From positions 5,154 to 69,153 of the forward strand of contig JALERT010000107.1 of assembly GCA_022764445.1 (NCBI GenBank): 64,000 bases of DNA, written 5' to 3'. The translations under genes were made by a program, and so were the position numbers. This document shows, one piece after another, positions 20,036 through 29,591 of this stretch (its first letter is position 1; each line of letters begins with the position of its first letter). The notes under the pieces are model-generated. The model did not search any database. It was not told the origin of the DNA and saw nothing but the letters and a program-made list of their open reading frames with translations. The stretch comes from Lachnospiraceae bacterium. Its GTDB lineage: Bacteria; Bacillota; Clostridia; Lachnospirales; Lachnospiraceae.

Positions 20036-20860
20036 ATGAGTGAAAATTGTAATCATGACTGTTCAAGCTGTGGAGAATCATGTTCCAGCCGTGATCCTAA
20101 AAGTTTTATCGAAAAGCCACATCCAAAAAGCAGCATAAAAAAAGTAATCGGTATTATAAGCGGTAAGGGTGGAGTTGGAAAGTCAATGACATCATCAATG
20201 CTTGCCGCAAGTTTTCAGAAAAAAGGTCATCATACTGCCATACTTGATGCAGATATAACCGGTCCTTCAATTCCAAAAGCATTTGGTATAACAGAGCATG
20301 CATATGGTAGTGAAGAAGGAATTTACCCTGTGCTTTCTAAGACAGGTATCCAGACAATGTCGGTCAACCTTCTTCTTGAAGATGCTACAGACCCTGTTAT
20401 ATGGCGCGGTCCTGTTATCGCAGGTACAGTTAAGCAGTTCTGGCAGGAAGTAATCTGGGAAGATGTCGACTATATGTTCGTGGATATGCCACCAGGAACA
20501 GGCGATGTAGCACTTACAGTATTCCAGACTATCCCTGTAGACGGAATTGTAATCGTAACATCTCCTCAGGAGCTTGTTTCAATGATAGTTGGAAAAGCGG
20601 TTAAGATGGCACAGATGATGAATATACCTATTATCGGTATTATAGAAAATATGAGCTATGTAGAGTGTCCTCACTGTGGTGAGCATATAGAAGTATTTGG
20701 CAAGAGCCACCTCGATGAAGTAGCTGCACAGTATAACCTTCCTGTACTTGGACGTATCCCTATGACACCTGCAATCTCAGCAGCAAGCGATGCAGGCAAG
20801 ATAGAAGAACTTGAAGGAAACTGGTTTGATGATGCAATAACAGCTATTGAAAATCTATGA
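20036..20860 (+). CDS. mrp: Mrp/NBP35 Fe-S cluster carrier ATPase
   Basis: CNHDCSSC, SGKGGVGKS, DADITGPS, WRGP, DMPPGTGD, ENMS..CPHC. Confidence 0.92.
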   Translation: MSENCNHDCSSCGESCSSRDPKSFIEKPHPKSSIKKVIGIISGKGGVGKSMTSSMLAASFQKKGHHTAILDADITGPSIPKAFGITEHAYGSEEGIYPVLSKTGIQTMSVNLLLEDATDPVIWRGPVIAGTVKQFWQEVIWEDVDYMFVDMPPGTGDVALTVFQTIPVDGIVIVTSPQELVSMIVGKAVKMAQMMNIPIIGIIENMSYVECPHCGEHIEVFGKSHLDEVAAQYNLPVLGRIPMTPAISAASDAGKIEELEGNWFDDAITAIENL

Positions 20861-20978
20861 TTACAAGTAACAGTTCAGCCATAAAAAAATAATGAAAGAC
20901 TGAACTGTTACGATTACCAATATAGGATAAACCTATAGACACTATATTCAAAATATAAAATATACGAAATGGAGAAAA

Positions 20979-21770
20979 ATGAAAAAAATAAGAAAAATAA
21001 TTTGTGTTTTTATTGCATGTTGTATGCTTACATGCATGACTGGTACCTCAGTAAGTGCCACCAATTATGAAAAATATTCCAGTAAGAAAATATGCTGGTA
21101 TATTGTTAATCAAAAAAATCATATAAAACCACCCGGAGCCGAATCATCTAAGGTTCTTAAAAAATTCAATGCCTATTATTGTGATACCTCAACACACAAA
21201 AAAGTTATGTATCTGGCATTCGACTGTGGATATGAAAATGGTTATACAGGCAAAATTCTTGATATTCTGAAAAAGAATAATGTAAAAGCAACATTTTTTG
21301 TAACAAAACAATTTGTTGAAACAAATGCAAAATTATGTAAAAGGATGAAAAAAGAAGGTCATCTTGTTGGAAACCACACAATGAATCATCCAAGTATGCC
21401 TTCAAAATCACCATCCGATATTAGACGCGAAGTAAAAGGACTTGAATCTATATTCAAGAAAAAGACGGGCTATAAGCTTGATAAGTTTATCAGACCACCA
21501 ATGGGAGAATACAGTCACAGGGTACTTAAACTGCTTAAAGATATGGGATATACAACTATTTTTTGGAGCATGGCATACAATGATTATAATCCGGCAAAAC
21601 AGCCCGGCAAAAAGTTTGTAGTTAATTATTTCAAAAAACATTATCACAAAGGTGCAATTACATTAACGCACAATGTATCAAAATCCAATAAAGATGCACT
21701 TAATGATGTTATCAAATACTTAAAAAAGAAGAAATACAAAATGAAACTTCTTACTGAATTACATAAATAG
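20979..21770 (+). CDS. Secreted polysaccharide deacetylase, PdaA-like (muramic delta-lactam)
   Basis: Signal peptide; YLAFDCGYENG, NHTMNHPS, RPPMGEYS, FWSMAY.D, LTHNVS. Confidence 0.8.
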   Translation: MKKIRKIICVFIACCMLTCMTGTSVSATNYEKYSSKKICWYIVNQKNHIKPPGAESSKVLKKFNAYYCDTSTHKKVMYLAFDCGYENGYTGKILDILKKNNVKATFFVTKQFVETNAKLCKRMKKEGHLVGNHTMNHPSMPSKSPSDIRREVKGLESIFKKKTGYKLDKFIRPPMGEYSHRVLKLLKDMGYTTIFWSMAYNDYNPAKQPGKKFVVNYFKKHYHKGAITLTHNVSKSNKDALNDVIKYLKKKKYKMKLLTELHK

Positions 21771-21869
21771 TATCAATTCAGCCTTCCATTAACGTAATGA
21801 ATAAAACAAAAACTGCTGTCAAGTTTTATGAATTAGGTGAATGAAAGGCTGAACTGTTTATTAAAAATA

Positions 21870-22718
21870 TTATAAACGTTCTAACGCTAGTCCGGCTATA
21901 GCTACTGCATCCTCAAATTCATCCGCTGCCGCCAGAAAACCATTTGGATGACAAAATCTAAAGCTCTTTATACCCGTCATCTCTACAAGCTCTTCAGCCG
22001 TCTTACCACACCATTCCTCAGGAAAATCACAGACAAGCGTATTATCTTCATCGCTTACAGGAACACCCTGAACACTGTATCCTCCTCTATTGGACGGATA
22101 TACGGCAAATACATACGAACTTCCTATGACTTCACCCTTCCAAGGTGCAAACTTAGGTAGAATAAGAATCTTTCCATCACTTTCTTCCATTGCCTTTCTG
22201 ACAAGTTCCTTTGCCCTTCCTCTGCCTGCAACAGAATTAAAATGATTGATAAGAATCTCCTGTGCAAAGTCTACTGCCCTAAAAAAGCAGTCATCATATT
22301 CTTCATCTGAATCCCAGCTAGGATTAAACTCATCTATAACCTTAGCAATCATATTGCTGCATCCTGTATTGTCTGATTCATCAAGAGGCTGTACAAAATG
22401 CTCATCAAAATAAGCAGCCTCTTCTTCATCTGTACATGATGCACCAAACTCACGCCAAAGAAGTCCAAATGCTGCATAAGGACAGCCATTTTCTCTGTAT
22501 TCCTTATCTTCCTGATGATGATCAAAACGGCCTCTTCCTATATCATAAACAATCCCATCAAAATTCTCGGGTACATCAAATCCCCTTTTAATAATTATAT
22601 TAGGATTAATCATACGTAAAAAAGCTGTAGCAAAAACATCATCTGAGTGAAAATTGCCCCCATGTGTAAACCCCTTAGCAGGTACGTCTGCTTTTCCTTT
22701 AAATATATCTCTGTCCAT
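21870..22718 (-). CDS. MYG1-family (DHH-like) phosphoesterase/exonuclease
   Basis: THGGNFHSDD, FDHHQ, FCHPNGF. Confidence 0.85.
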   Translation of the reverse strand: MDRDIFKGKADVPAKGFTHGGNFHSDDVFATAFLRMINPNIIIKRGFDVPENFDGIVYDIGRGRFDHHQEDKEYRENGCPYAAFGLLWREFGASCTDEEEAAYFDEHFVQPLDESDNTGCSNMIAKVIDEFNPSWDSDEEYDDCFFRAVDFAQEILINHFNSVAGRGRAKELVRKAMEESDGKILILPKFAPWKGEVIGSSYVFAVYPSNRGGYSVQGVPVSDEDNTLVCDFPEEWCGKTAEELVEMTGIKSFRFCHPNGFLAAADEFEDAVAIAGLALERL

Positions 22719-22873
22719 AATATTTCTCCATAACCATTATAATATCAAAAGTCCAAATCCACCGATATACACATATATCGTTGAATTATGGACTTTATAA
22801 TACAATACTTTTTATTTTCTTTAAATATTTTTTAATATCAAATACCACTGTTTTTTTCAGTCAAATAAAAATC

Positions 22874-24082
22874 TTACAACATTGCTTCAAGATTTTCACG
22901 AATAGCCTTTATGAAACCTTCACTGTTAAGTACAGTAACATCATCTAATGTTGTGATAAGAGCAAGATCCTTTGTCATCTTACCTGATTCAATAGTACCA
23001 AGTGTAGCCTTCTCAAGCTTATCAGCAAATGTCTGAAGCTCTGGAAGATTATCAAGCTCACCACGCTTACGTAAAGCACCTGTCCATGCAAATATAGTTG
23101 CAACTGAGTTAGTTGATGTCTCTTCTCCCTTGAGATGCTTGTAATAATGTCTCTGAACTGTTCCATGAGCGGCTTCGTATTCATATACACCTGAAGGTGA
23201 TACAAGTACTGATGTCATCATTGCAAGTGAACCACAGGCAGATGATACCATATCACTCATCACATCACCGTCATAGTTCTTGCAGGCCCAGATAAATCCA
23301 CCTTTTGCTTTCATAACACGTGCTACTGCATCATCAATAAGTGTATAGAAGTATTCTATACCAGCTGCTTCAAATTTATCCTTGTATTCTGATTCGTATA
23401 TATCATTAAAGATATCTTTGAAGTTATGATCATAAATCTTTGATATAGTATCTTTAGTTGCAAACCAAAGATCCTGCTTTGTATCAAGAGCATAATTAAA
23501 ACATGCCTTAGCAAAACTTGTGATAGACTTGTCTGTGTTATGTATGCCCTGAATAATTCCCGGTCCTGTAAACTCCTGGATAGTCTTGCGGATTTCTTTA
23601 CCATCCTCACCTGTAAATACAAGTTCAGCCTTACCTGCACCCGGCACTTTTATTTCTGTATTCTTATAAACATCACCATATGCATGTCTTGCAAGTGTTA
23701 TTGGCTTCTCCCAGTTCTTTACGCATGGTGTGATACCCTTAACCTGAATAGGAGTACGGAATACCGTACCATCAAGAGCTGCACGTATTGTACCATTTGG
23801 TGATTTCCACATCTCTTTAAGATTGTACTCTTCCATTCTGGCAGCATTAGGAGTAATCGTAGCGCACTTTACGGCAACGCCATACTTCTTTGTAGCCTCT
23901 GCTGAATCTATAGTTACCTGATCATCTGTTTCATTACGGTGTTCAAGACCAAGATCGTAATATTCTGTCTTTAAATCAATAAACGGAAGAAGAAGCTCGT
24001 CCTTAATCATCTTCCAAAGAATACGTGTCATTTCATCTCCGTCCATCTCGACTAGTGGTGTCGTCATTTTAATTTTATCCAT
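22874..24082 (-). CDS. icd: NADP-dependent isocitrate dehydrogenase
   Basis: [42 protein letters not shown]. Confidence 0.96.
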   Translation of the reverse strand: MDKIKMTTPLVEMDGDEMTRILWKMIKDELLLPFIDLKTEYYDLGLEHRNETDDQVTIDSAEATKKYGVAVKCATITPNAARMEEYNLKEMWKSPNGTIRAALDGTVFRTPIQVKGITPCVKNWEKPITLARHAYGDVYKNTEIKVPGAGKAELVFTGEDGKEIRKTIQEFTGPGIIQGIHNTDKSITSFAKACFNYALDTKQDLWFATKDTISKIYDHNFKDIFNDIYESEYKDKFEAAGIEYFYTLIDDAVARVMKAKGGFIWACKNYDGDVMSDMVSSACGSLAMMTSVLVSPSGVYEYEAAHGTVQRHYYKHLKGEETSTNSVATIFAWTGALRKRGELDNLPELQTFADKLEKATLGTIESGKMTKDLALITTLDDVTVLNSEGFIKAIRENLEAML

Positions 24083-24245
24083 GTCTTAGCCCTCCGTTTT
24101 GTGTTTTTTTTGCAACATACTATTTATAATATCATAAACGTACAAATTTGCAAAGCGTTTTAAAGCCACTTAACTGTCTTATCCAGCAGAAGTCTGCTTT
24201 TATACTTTATATATGTTCCTCCTCACATTATTTTTCTTGTAAATC

Positions 24246-25574
24246 TTATACTCTTCGAGAGATTTCATACATTTTTTTAAGCTCATCTGTATTTATTTTA
24301 CCACTTTCATTCTTTGGAAGCGAGTCCATTACAATAAATCTTCGTGGCATCTCATAATGTGCAAGCGTCTTTCTAAGCATTTCTTTTTCTTCGTCACTTA
24401 TATTTTTATATGAACATTTATCTTCACTTTCTGAAGTTTTATCAACATTATACTTATCTCTTACAACAAATGCTGTTAATACCTGCTTCCCGCTATCTTC
24501 TATAAGCATAACTGATGACTCGCTGATACCGGGGAGACTTTCAATCTCATTCTGTATACGGACAGAAGATACTTTCCTGCCCTTTATATTCATAATGTCA
24601 TCACTTCGTCCGAGAAAATAAAGTCTTCCCTCATCATCAATATATCCCTTATCATTAAGTGTATAAGGACATTCAATTCCCATAACATGATACTTTGTAT
24701 CAATATAAATCGATTCATCTATAACCTTTATATCTACTTCTGGAAATGGTCTGCCTATAAGATTTCTATCAGAAGTCATTTCCTCATCAGTAACATATGA
24801 TATATAATTTAATTCACTTGCTCCATAGTAAAGAACAATCTTTGTGTCCGTAAAAACGGACTTTAATTTGATAGTGTCTTCTTTTCCAAGACTCTGAGAA
24901 CCTGACAGTATAGTTTTAATCCGATTAAATTTCTCCTCTTTAATGTGCCCTTTTCTATACATACTTCTAATAACTCCCGGAAGTAGAAGAAGCTTAGACG
25001 GAATGAGATATATTGAATTAACATTATAATCTATCATGTGCTTTACCCATAACTCAGGATTAAATGAATCTTCGGCAACTATCGTAGCACCTGCATAGAA
25101 CTGAGCAAGATAGAGATTCATATTGCCGGTAAATGCAAGACTTCCCTGTGCGAGAAGTACACTATCCGAATCTATACCAAATATTTTATTCTGTACCTCA
25201 AAATATCCTGCCCAGCTTTCAAACGTCCTGAATAATATCTTTGGAACACCTGTTGTTCCTGATGTCATAACTGCCATACACGCCCCATCAGGTGCACAAA
25301 AATCATCTGACTCACACTCTTTTGGAAGAATTTTTGTATCATAAGGAGCTATCATCGGTACAACTCCATGCATCATACACGCTATAAACTTTATAAGCTG
25401 TTTAAGTATAGTTTTTTCTCTTATTACACAGACTACATTTTTCGGAAGTTCAATTCTTACCTCTTTTGCCATTTTAATTATTTCTCCATACGTATACCCT
25501 TTTTCTTCCGTTATTATGGCAGTTTTATCCTGTGGCTTATCTTTAAGCATGCCTATATAATTTGTGTACTTCAT
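24246..25574 (-). CDS. AMP-forming acyl-CoA ligase (YhfT-like)
   Basis: MTSGTTGVPK, YYGASE, D.GY.D..GRLYFLGRSDD, LPKNESGKI. Confidence 0.85.
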   Translation of the reverse strand: MKYTNYIGMLKDKPQDKTAIITEEKGYTYGEIIKMAKEVRIELPKNVVCVIREKTILKQLIKFIACMMHGVVPMIAPYDTKILPKECESDDFCAPDGACMAVMTSGTTGVPKILFRTFESWAGYFEVQNKIFGIDSDSVLLAQGSLAFTGNMNLYLAQFYAGATIVAEDSFNPELWVKHMIDYNVNSIYLIPSKLLLLPGVIRSMYRKGHIKEEKFNRIKTILSGSQSLGKEDTIKLKSVFTDTKIVLYYGASELNYISYVTDEEMTSDRNLIGRPFPEVDIKVIDESIYIDTKYHVMGIECPYTLNDKGYIDDEGRLYFLGRSDDIMNIKGRKVSSVRIQNEIESLPGISESSVMLIEDSGKQVLTAFVVRDKYNVDKTSESEDKCSYKNISDEEKEMLRKTLAHYEMPRRFIVMDSLPKNESGKINTDELKKMYEISRRV

Positions 25575-25648
25575 AGTCTTGTCACCATCTTATCTTTTTA
25601 ATAACTTTTTCTTAATCCTCCGACTCTATACTATCATCTCTCGGAAAA

Positions 25649-26830
25649 TCAGCAGCAAAAGCAGGTACAAGAGAGACTGTCACATTTTTCCAAAAGAACA
25701 GCCGTGCCGATTCCACCTGCTGCCGCTATACTGCAGACAGCATACCTTCCACTAGTCTTTTCAAGTGCCTTAATTGCATGAAGAGTAATGATAGCACCTG
25801 ATGCCCCGTAAGGATGACCATATGCCAAAGCCCCGCCAAATATATTGTAATTATAGCAGGCTTTGGGATATTTTCTTTCAAAAAGAACATCTATAACAGC
25901 AAACGCTTCATTACATTCATATATATCTATATCCATATAATCAAGTCTGTTCTTTTCCAGAAGTTTATCTATGGAACACACCACGGACATAGGACTCATA
26001 GAAGGATCTGAACCTGCACTTACTGCATCTAGAAACTGTGCTGCCGGCTTCTGTCCTGTTTGTTGGACATATCTTTCTGAACACATAACAACCCACGCTG
26101 CACCATCATTAGTCAGACAGGCATTAGCCGCATTAATCCTTGTCCCGTCCTTAAGTACACAGGGCAGTCTGTCTAAAAGTCTCTGATTCATTCTGTCACG
26201 TATACCCTCATCCTTTTTACCACAATCAGCCACTTCTACTGTGATATCATCAAGAATTCCACTCTCCCTGGCTGTCTTTGCGAGATTGTGACTCCTTATA
26301 ACCCACGGATTCATCTCTTCTCTTGTTATATTTTGTGTGACAGCCGTTTTTTCTGCTCCACGTAACATCGCAAGCTCATCATGAGTTTCAGGAATAAATT
26401 TAGCAACTTTATACCAACTTTCTTCTCCACCCATTTTTTCGTAATCAGGATGATTTTTATTGTATCTTCTTCCCGGAGCAGTCGAACTGCACTCAAATCC
26501 GCCTGCTACAATAATATCTGCCTGTCCACTCTTTATCTTAGCTGCTGCTATTGCCATTGTCTCCAGTGCCGAACCACACTGCATATCGACAGTATACGCA
26601 GGGACTTCATATGGTACCCCCGCTTCAAGCATCATAAGTCTTGTAATATTCCCCCCAGCTCCAACTCCGTTACCACCGATTATATAATCAGGTTTGCTGA
26701 TATTATACTTGTCTATAACTTCTTTAAGAACTTCTGCACCGAGTTTTTCAGCAGGTATATGTTTATACATACCATTTTCTACACCGATATAACTCCTAAG
26801 TCCACCAAGAATATAAACCTTATCATTCAT
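25649..26830 (-). CDS. Thiolase-family protein (YhfS-like) lacking the C-terminal catalytic Cys
   Basis: QCGSAL, NDGAA, NEAFA, GHPYGASG; SIAAAGGIG in place of CIGGGxG. Start MNDKV (26830) overlaps the upstream stop. Confidence 0.88.
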   Translation of the reverse strand: MNDKVYILGGLRSYIGVENGMYKHIPAEKLGAEVLKEVIDKYNISKPDYIIGGNGVGAGGNITRLMMLEAGVPYEVPAYTVDMQCGSALETMAIAAAKIKSGQADIIVAGGFECSSTAPGRRYNKNHPDYEKMGGEESWYKVAKFIPETHDELAMLRGAEKTAVTQNITREEMNPWVIRSHNLAKTARESGILDDITVEVADCGKKDEGIRDRMNQRLLDRLPCVLKDGTRINAANACLTNDGAAWVVMCSERYVQQTGQKPAAQFLDAVSAGSDPSMSPMSVVCSIDKLLEKNRLDYMDIDIYECNEAFAVIDVLFERKYPKACYNYNIFGGALAYGHPYGASGAIITLHAIKALEKTSGRYAVCSIAAAGGIGTAVLLEKCDSLSCTCFCC

Positions 26831-27560
26831 AATCGTATACTCCGTTCCATACAGACTCATGTACACACTCATTGTGTTCACATCCCACCGGACACTCTCT
26901 AAACGCCTCTATGATTCTTTTTCCACCTTTATAATATTCATATACAGATATCGTCTGCCCTGCAGTTACAGGCTTTTCAAATGTTATTCTAAAATGCCCC
27001 TTGTCTTTTGATATTATTTTAAAAAGATCCTCAATCATAAGAAGTCCGGGAACTACAGGATTTTCTCCCTTATGTATACTGTTGTCATCATCTGCATCTT
27101 TTGTAAATTCACTTATCTCCTGCGCTGTATAAGACTTACTGTATAATTTTGAAAAAGATACATTCTGTCTGTCATCATTTTGTCTGTCATGAATGTCATC
27201 AAATTTTTTTGTCTCATTTTTGATTTTACTTGAATCTTTTTTGCCCGGAGTGTCTGTAATCTTTTTATCTGAATTATCTAAAAATAAATCATTTGATCCA
27301 GACGGCTTAACAAGATACATCTTCATTGTGCATGATATTTTATCTGATTTTTCCTCTTTAACTAAATTCGCTGTTTCAATCCCCCATGAAGTTTCCAAGA
27401 CGGTAAATCGTTTACGTTTCTTAGCAACTGTGCATTTTTCTACACATGTAGTATGAAATGTATCATCAGAAAGATTATCTAACTCAACCTTAGCTATTAC
27501 CCATCCGTTAAACCCGTCTGGCTCTGAAAATTTACTGCATATTTTTCTATAATCTTTCAT
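26823..27560 (-). CDS. Hotdog-fold MaoC-like (de)hydratase
   Basis: C-terminal half YTAQEISEF...DDNSIH...VVPGLL...ITFEKPV..G matches the MaoC D-x-N-x-I-H motif. Confidence 0.6.
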   Translation of the reverse strand: MKDYRKICSKFSEPDGFNGWVIAKVELDNLSDDTFHTTCVEKCTVAKKRKRFTVLETSWGIETANLVKEEKSDKISCTMKMYLVKPSGSNDLFLDNSDKKITDTPGKKDSSKIKNETKKFDDIHDRQNDDRQNVSFSKLYSKSYTAQEISEFTKDADDDNSIHKGENPVVPGLLMIEDLFKIISKDKGHFRITFEKPVTAGQTISVYEYYKGGKRIIEAFRECPVGCEHNECVHESVWNGVYDYE

Positions 27561-27634
27561 TTATTTTTACTTCTCTATTTTTTACTGCCCTTTTAATTCA
27601 AATTCATAATCATTACTTTTTTAATAAGATTTTA

Positions 27635-28600
27635 TTAATTCCACAAGCGTGGTTCATATCCAAGTTTATTGATAATCTCCAAATCTTTTTCAACGTTTAT
27701 TCCGCATGTTGTAAGCATATCTCCTGATATTGCAGCATTAGCCCCTGACTTTAAGCATCCCACGCCCTTATCCTCCATAAGACCTCTTCCCCCTGCAAGT
27801 CTTATAGATGCATCAGGTACGATAAATCTAAATACTGCAACTATTCTTCTCATCTCATCCTGTGTAAGTGGTTTGTTATTTTCGTATGGTGTTCCCTTAA
27901 TAGGATTTAACATGTTAACAGGTATGGATTTAACACCCAGCTCTCTCTGCTCCATTACCATGTCAATTCTGTCTTCCATAGTTTCACCTATTCCCATTAT
28001 TCCACCACTACACACCTGAAGTCCTGCTCTCTTTGCAGCCTTAATTGTTTCAATCTTTTCATCATAAGTATGAGTAGAACATACGCTTGGAAAATATCTT
28101 CGTGATGTTTCGAGATTGTTATGTATCCTTGTTACACCTGCATCTTTTAGCTTACGAAACTGTTCCTCGTTAAGAAGGCCAAATGACACACAGACTTCTA
28201 TATCAGTCTCTTTCTTTATAGCCCGTATGCTTTCACAGGCACTTTCTACTTCTTTATCATTTAAGCTTCTTCCTGATGTTACTATAGAATATCTAAGTAT
28301 TCCCTGCTCAGCATCATGTTTAGCTTCTTTAACGATTGTCTCTTTATCAAGAAGAGCATGACTTTCAATCTCCGTTTTAGCACATCCCGACTGTGCACAA
28401 TACTTACAGTTCTCAGAACATCTTCCACTTTTACCATTGATAATGGCACATATATCAAATCCATTACCACAAAAGGCTTCCCTTATCTCATCAGCTGCAC
28501 TGCATATTTCTTCTAGATCTGCATTTGCAATAAACATTGCCTCTTCTTTACTTATAAGTTTACCATTGATTACTTCTTTCTTAAGTGTCTCTACGTTCAT
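27635..28600 (-). CDS. bioB: Biotin synthase
   Basis: KSGRCSENCKYCAQS, HNNLETS, CSGGIMG.GET, IRLAGGR. Confidence 0.96.
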   Translation of the reverse strand: MNVETLKKEVINGKLISKEEAMFIANADLEEICSAADEIREAFCGNGFDICAIINGKSGRCSENCKYCAQSGCAKTEIESHALLDKETIVKEAKHDAEQGILRYSIVTSGRSLNDKEVESACESIRAIKKETDIEVCVSFGLLNEEQFRKLKDAGVTRIHNNLETSRRYFPSVCSTHTYDEKIETIKAAKRAGLQVCSGGIMGIGETMEDRIDMVMEQRELGVKSIPVNMLNPIKGTPYENNKPLTQDEMRRIVAVFRFIVPDASIRLAGGRGLMEDKGVGCLKSGANAAISGDMLTTCGINVEKDLEIINKLGYEPRLWN

Positions 28601-28665
28601 CTTTTCTCTCTCCGTTTTTCAGTTCCATTTTGAAATATTATGTACACCCACCCTATTACTATTTA

Positions 28666-28740
28666 ATTATATGGCTGCAAATTGGCATTGTCAACCAATA
28701 TTTTTTCATGGTTGACAGCAAACATTTTCTCATGTATACT
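28666..28740. promoter_or_regulatory. BirA operator (28689-28717) overlapping two divergent sigma-A promoters
   Basis: TGTCAAC-N15-GTTGACA; plus-strand TTGACA-N17-TATACT (28712-28740) and minus-strand TTGACA-N17-TATAAT (28694-28666). Confidence 0.88.
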
Positions 28741-28855
28741 TTCGTCTGAAATGTGAATTTTGTGATACGCCCATAAAGCAATCACAAGGCTAATAAAGCA
28801 ATCACAATATATTCGCAAATAAAAAATCTTCTATCTAAAAAGAAAGGACAAAATC

Positions 28856-29443
28856 ATGAACACTACAGACAAAACAATCACTTCAGAAGCTATCAGTACA
28901 AAATCTTCTGAGGGAAAGAAATTTGACACAAAAACACTTGTAATTATGGCATTATTTGCTGCACTGCTTTGTGTATCCGCATACATAAGCATTCCTTTAC
29001 CAAACGGCTCACATATAACTGCTCTTAACTTTGTAGTTACAATTATCGCACTTGTATTTCCACTTAATCAGTCATTCCTGATATCACTTGTGTGGCTTTT
29101 AATCGGAGCTGTCGGCGTACCTGTATTTATCGGTGGTGGTGCCGGAGTCGGATATCTTGCAGGACCTTATGGCGGATATTCATTTGCATTTATCATAATC
29201 GCTGTACTTCTTCCTATCCTATGCAATAGAAAATATAACCGTATATACTTCACTGTAATGTCTATACTTTCAGCAGTACTTGTAGATGTTATTGGTTCTA
29301 TATGGCTTATGTTTAACAGTGGCATTACTCTACAGGCAGCATTTGTAACAGGTTTCCTTCCATTTATCCCTCTTGATCTTGTAAAAGCTGTTGTTGCTGC
29401 ACAGATAGTTCCACAGCTTAAAAAAATCATCATAAGTGATTAG
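28856..29443 (+). CDS. bioY: Biotin ECF transporter S component
   Basis: Hydrophobic; GAVGVPVF.GG..G.GYL.GPYGGY, PFIPLDLVK; under the BirA box. Confidence 0.92.
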   Translation: MNTTDKTITSEAISTKSSEGKKFDTKTLVIMALFAALLCVSAYISIPLPNGSHITALNFVVTIIALVFPLNQSFLISLVWLLIGAVGVPVFIGGGAGVGYLAGPYGGYSFAFIIIAVLLPILCNRKYNRIYFTVMSILSAVLVDVIGSIWLMFNSGITLQAAFVTGFLPFIPLDLVKAVVAAQIVPQLKKIIISD

Positions 29444-29474
29444 TTGTAAAATACAATCAAATAGCTTAAACTAG

Positions 29475-29511
29475 ACGGAGAACATTTAACGTGTTCTCCG
29501 TTTGTGCTTTT
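29475..29511 (+). terminator. bioY terminator
   Basis: ACGGAGAACA...TGTTCTCCGT followed by a T-rich tail. Confidence 0.65.
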
Positions 29512-29591
29512 AAAATCACAAATACGTCAGGATAGTTTCATTAACCACCTTGACTACATAATTACTATAATAAATAACAGGAGGCAGTATA

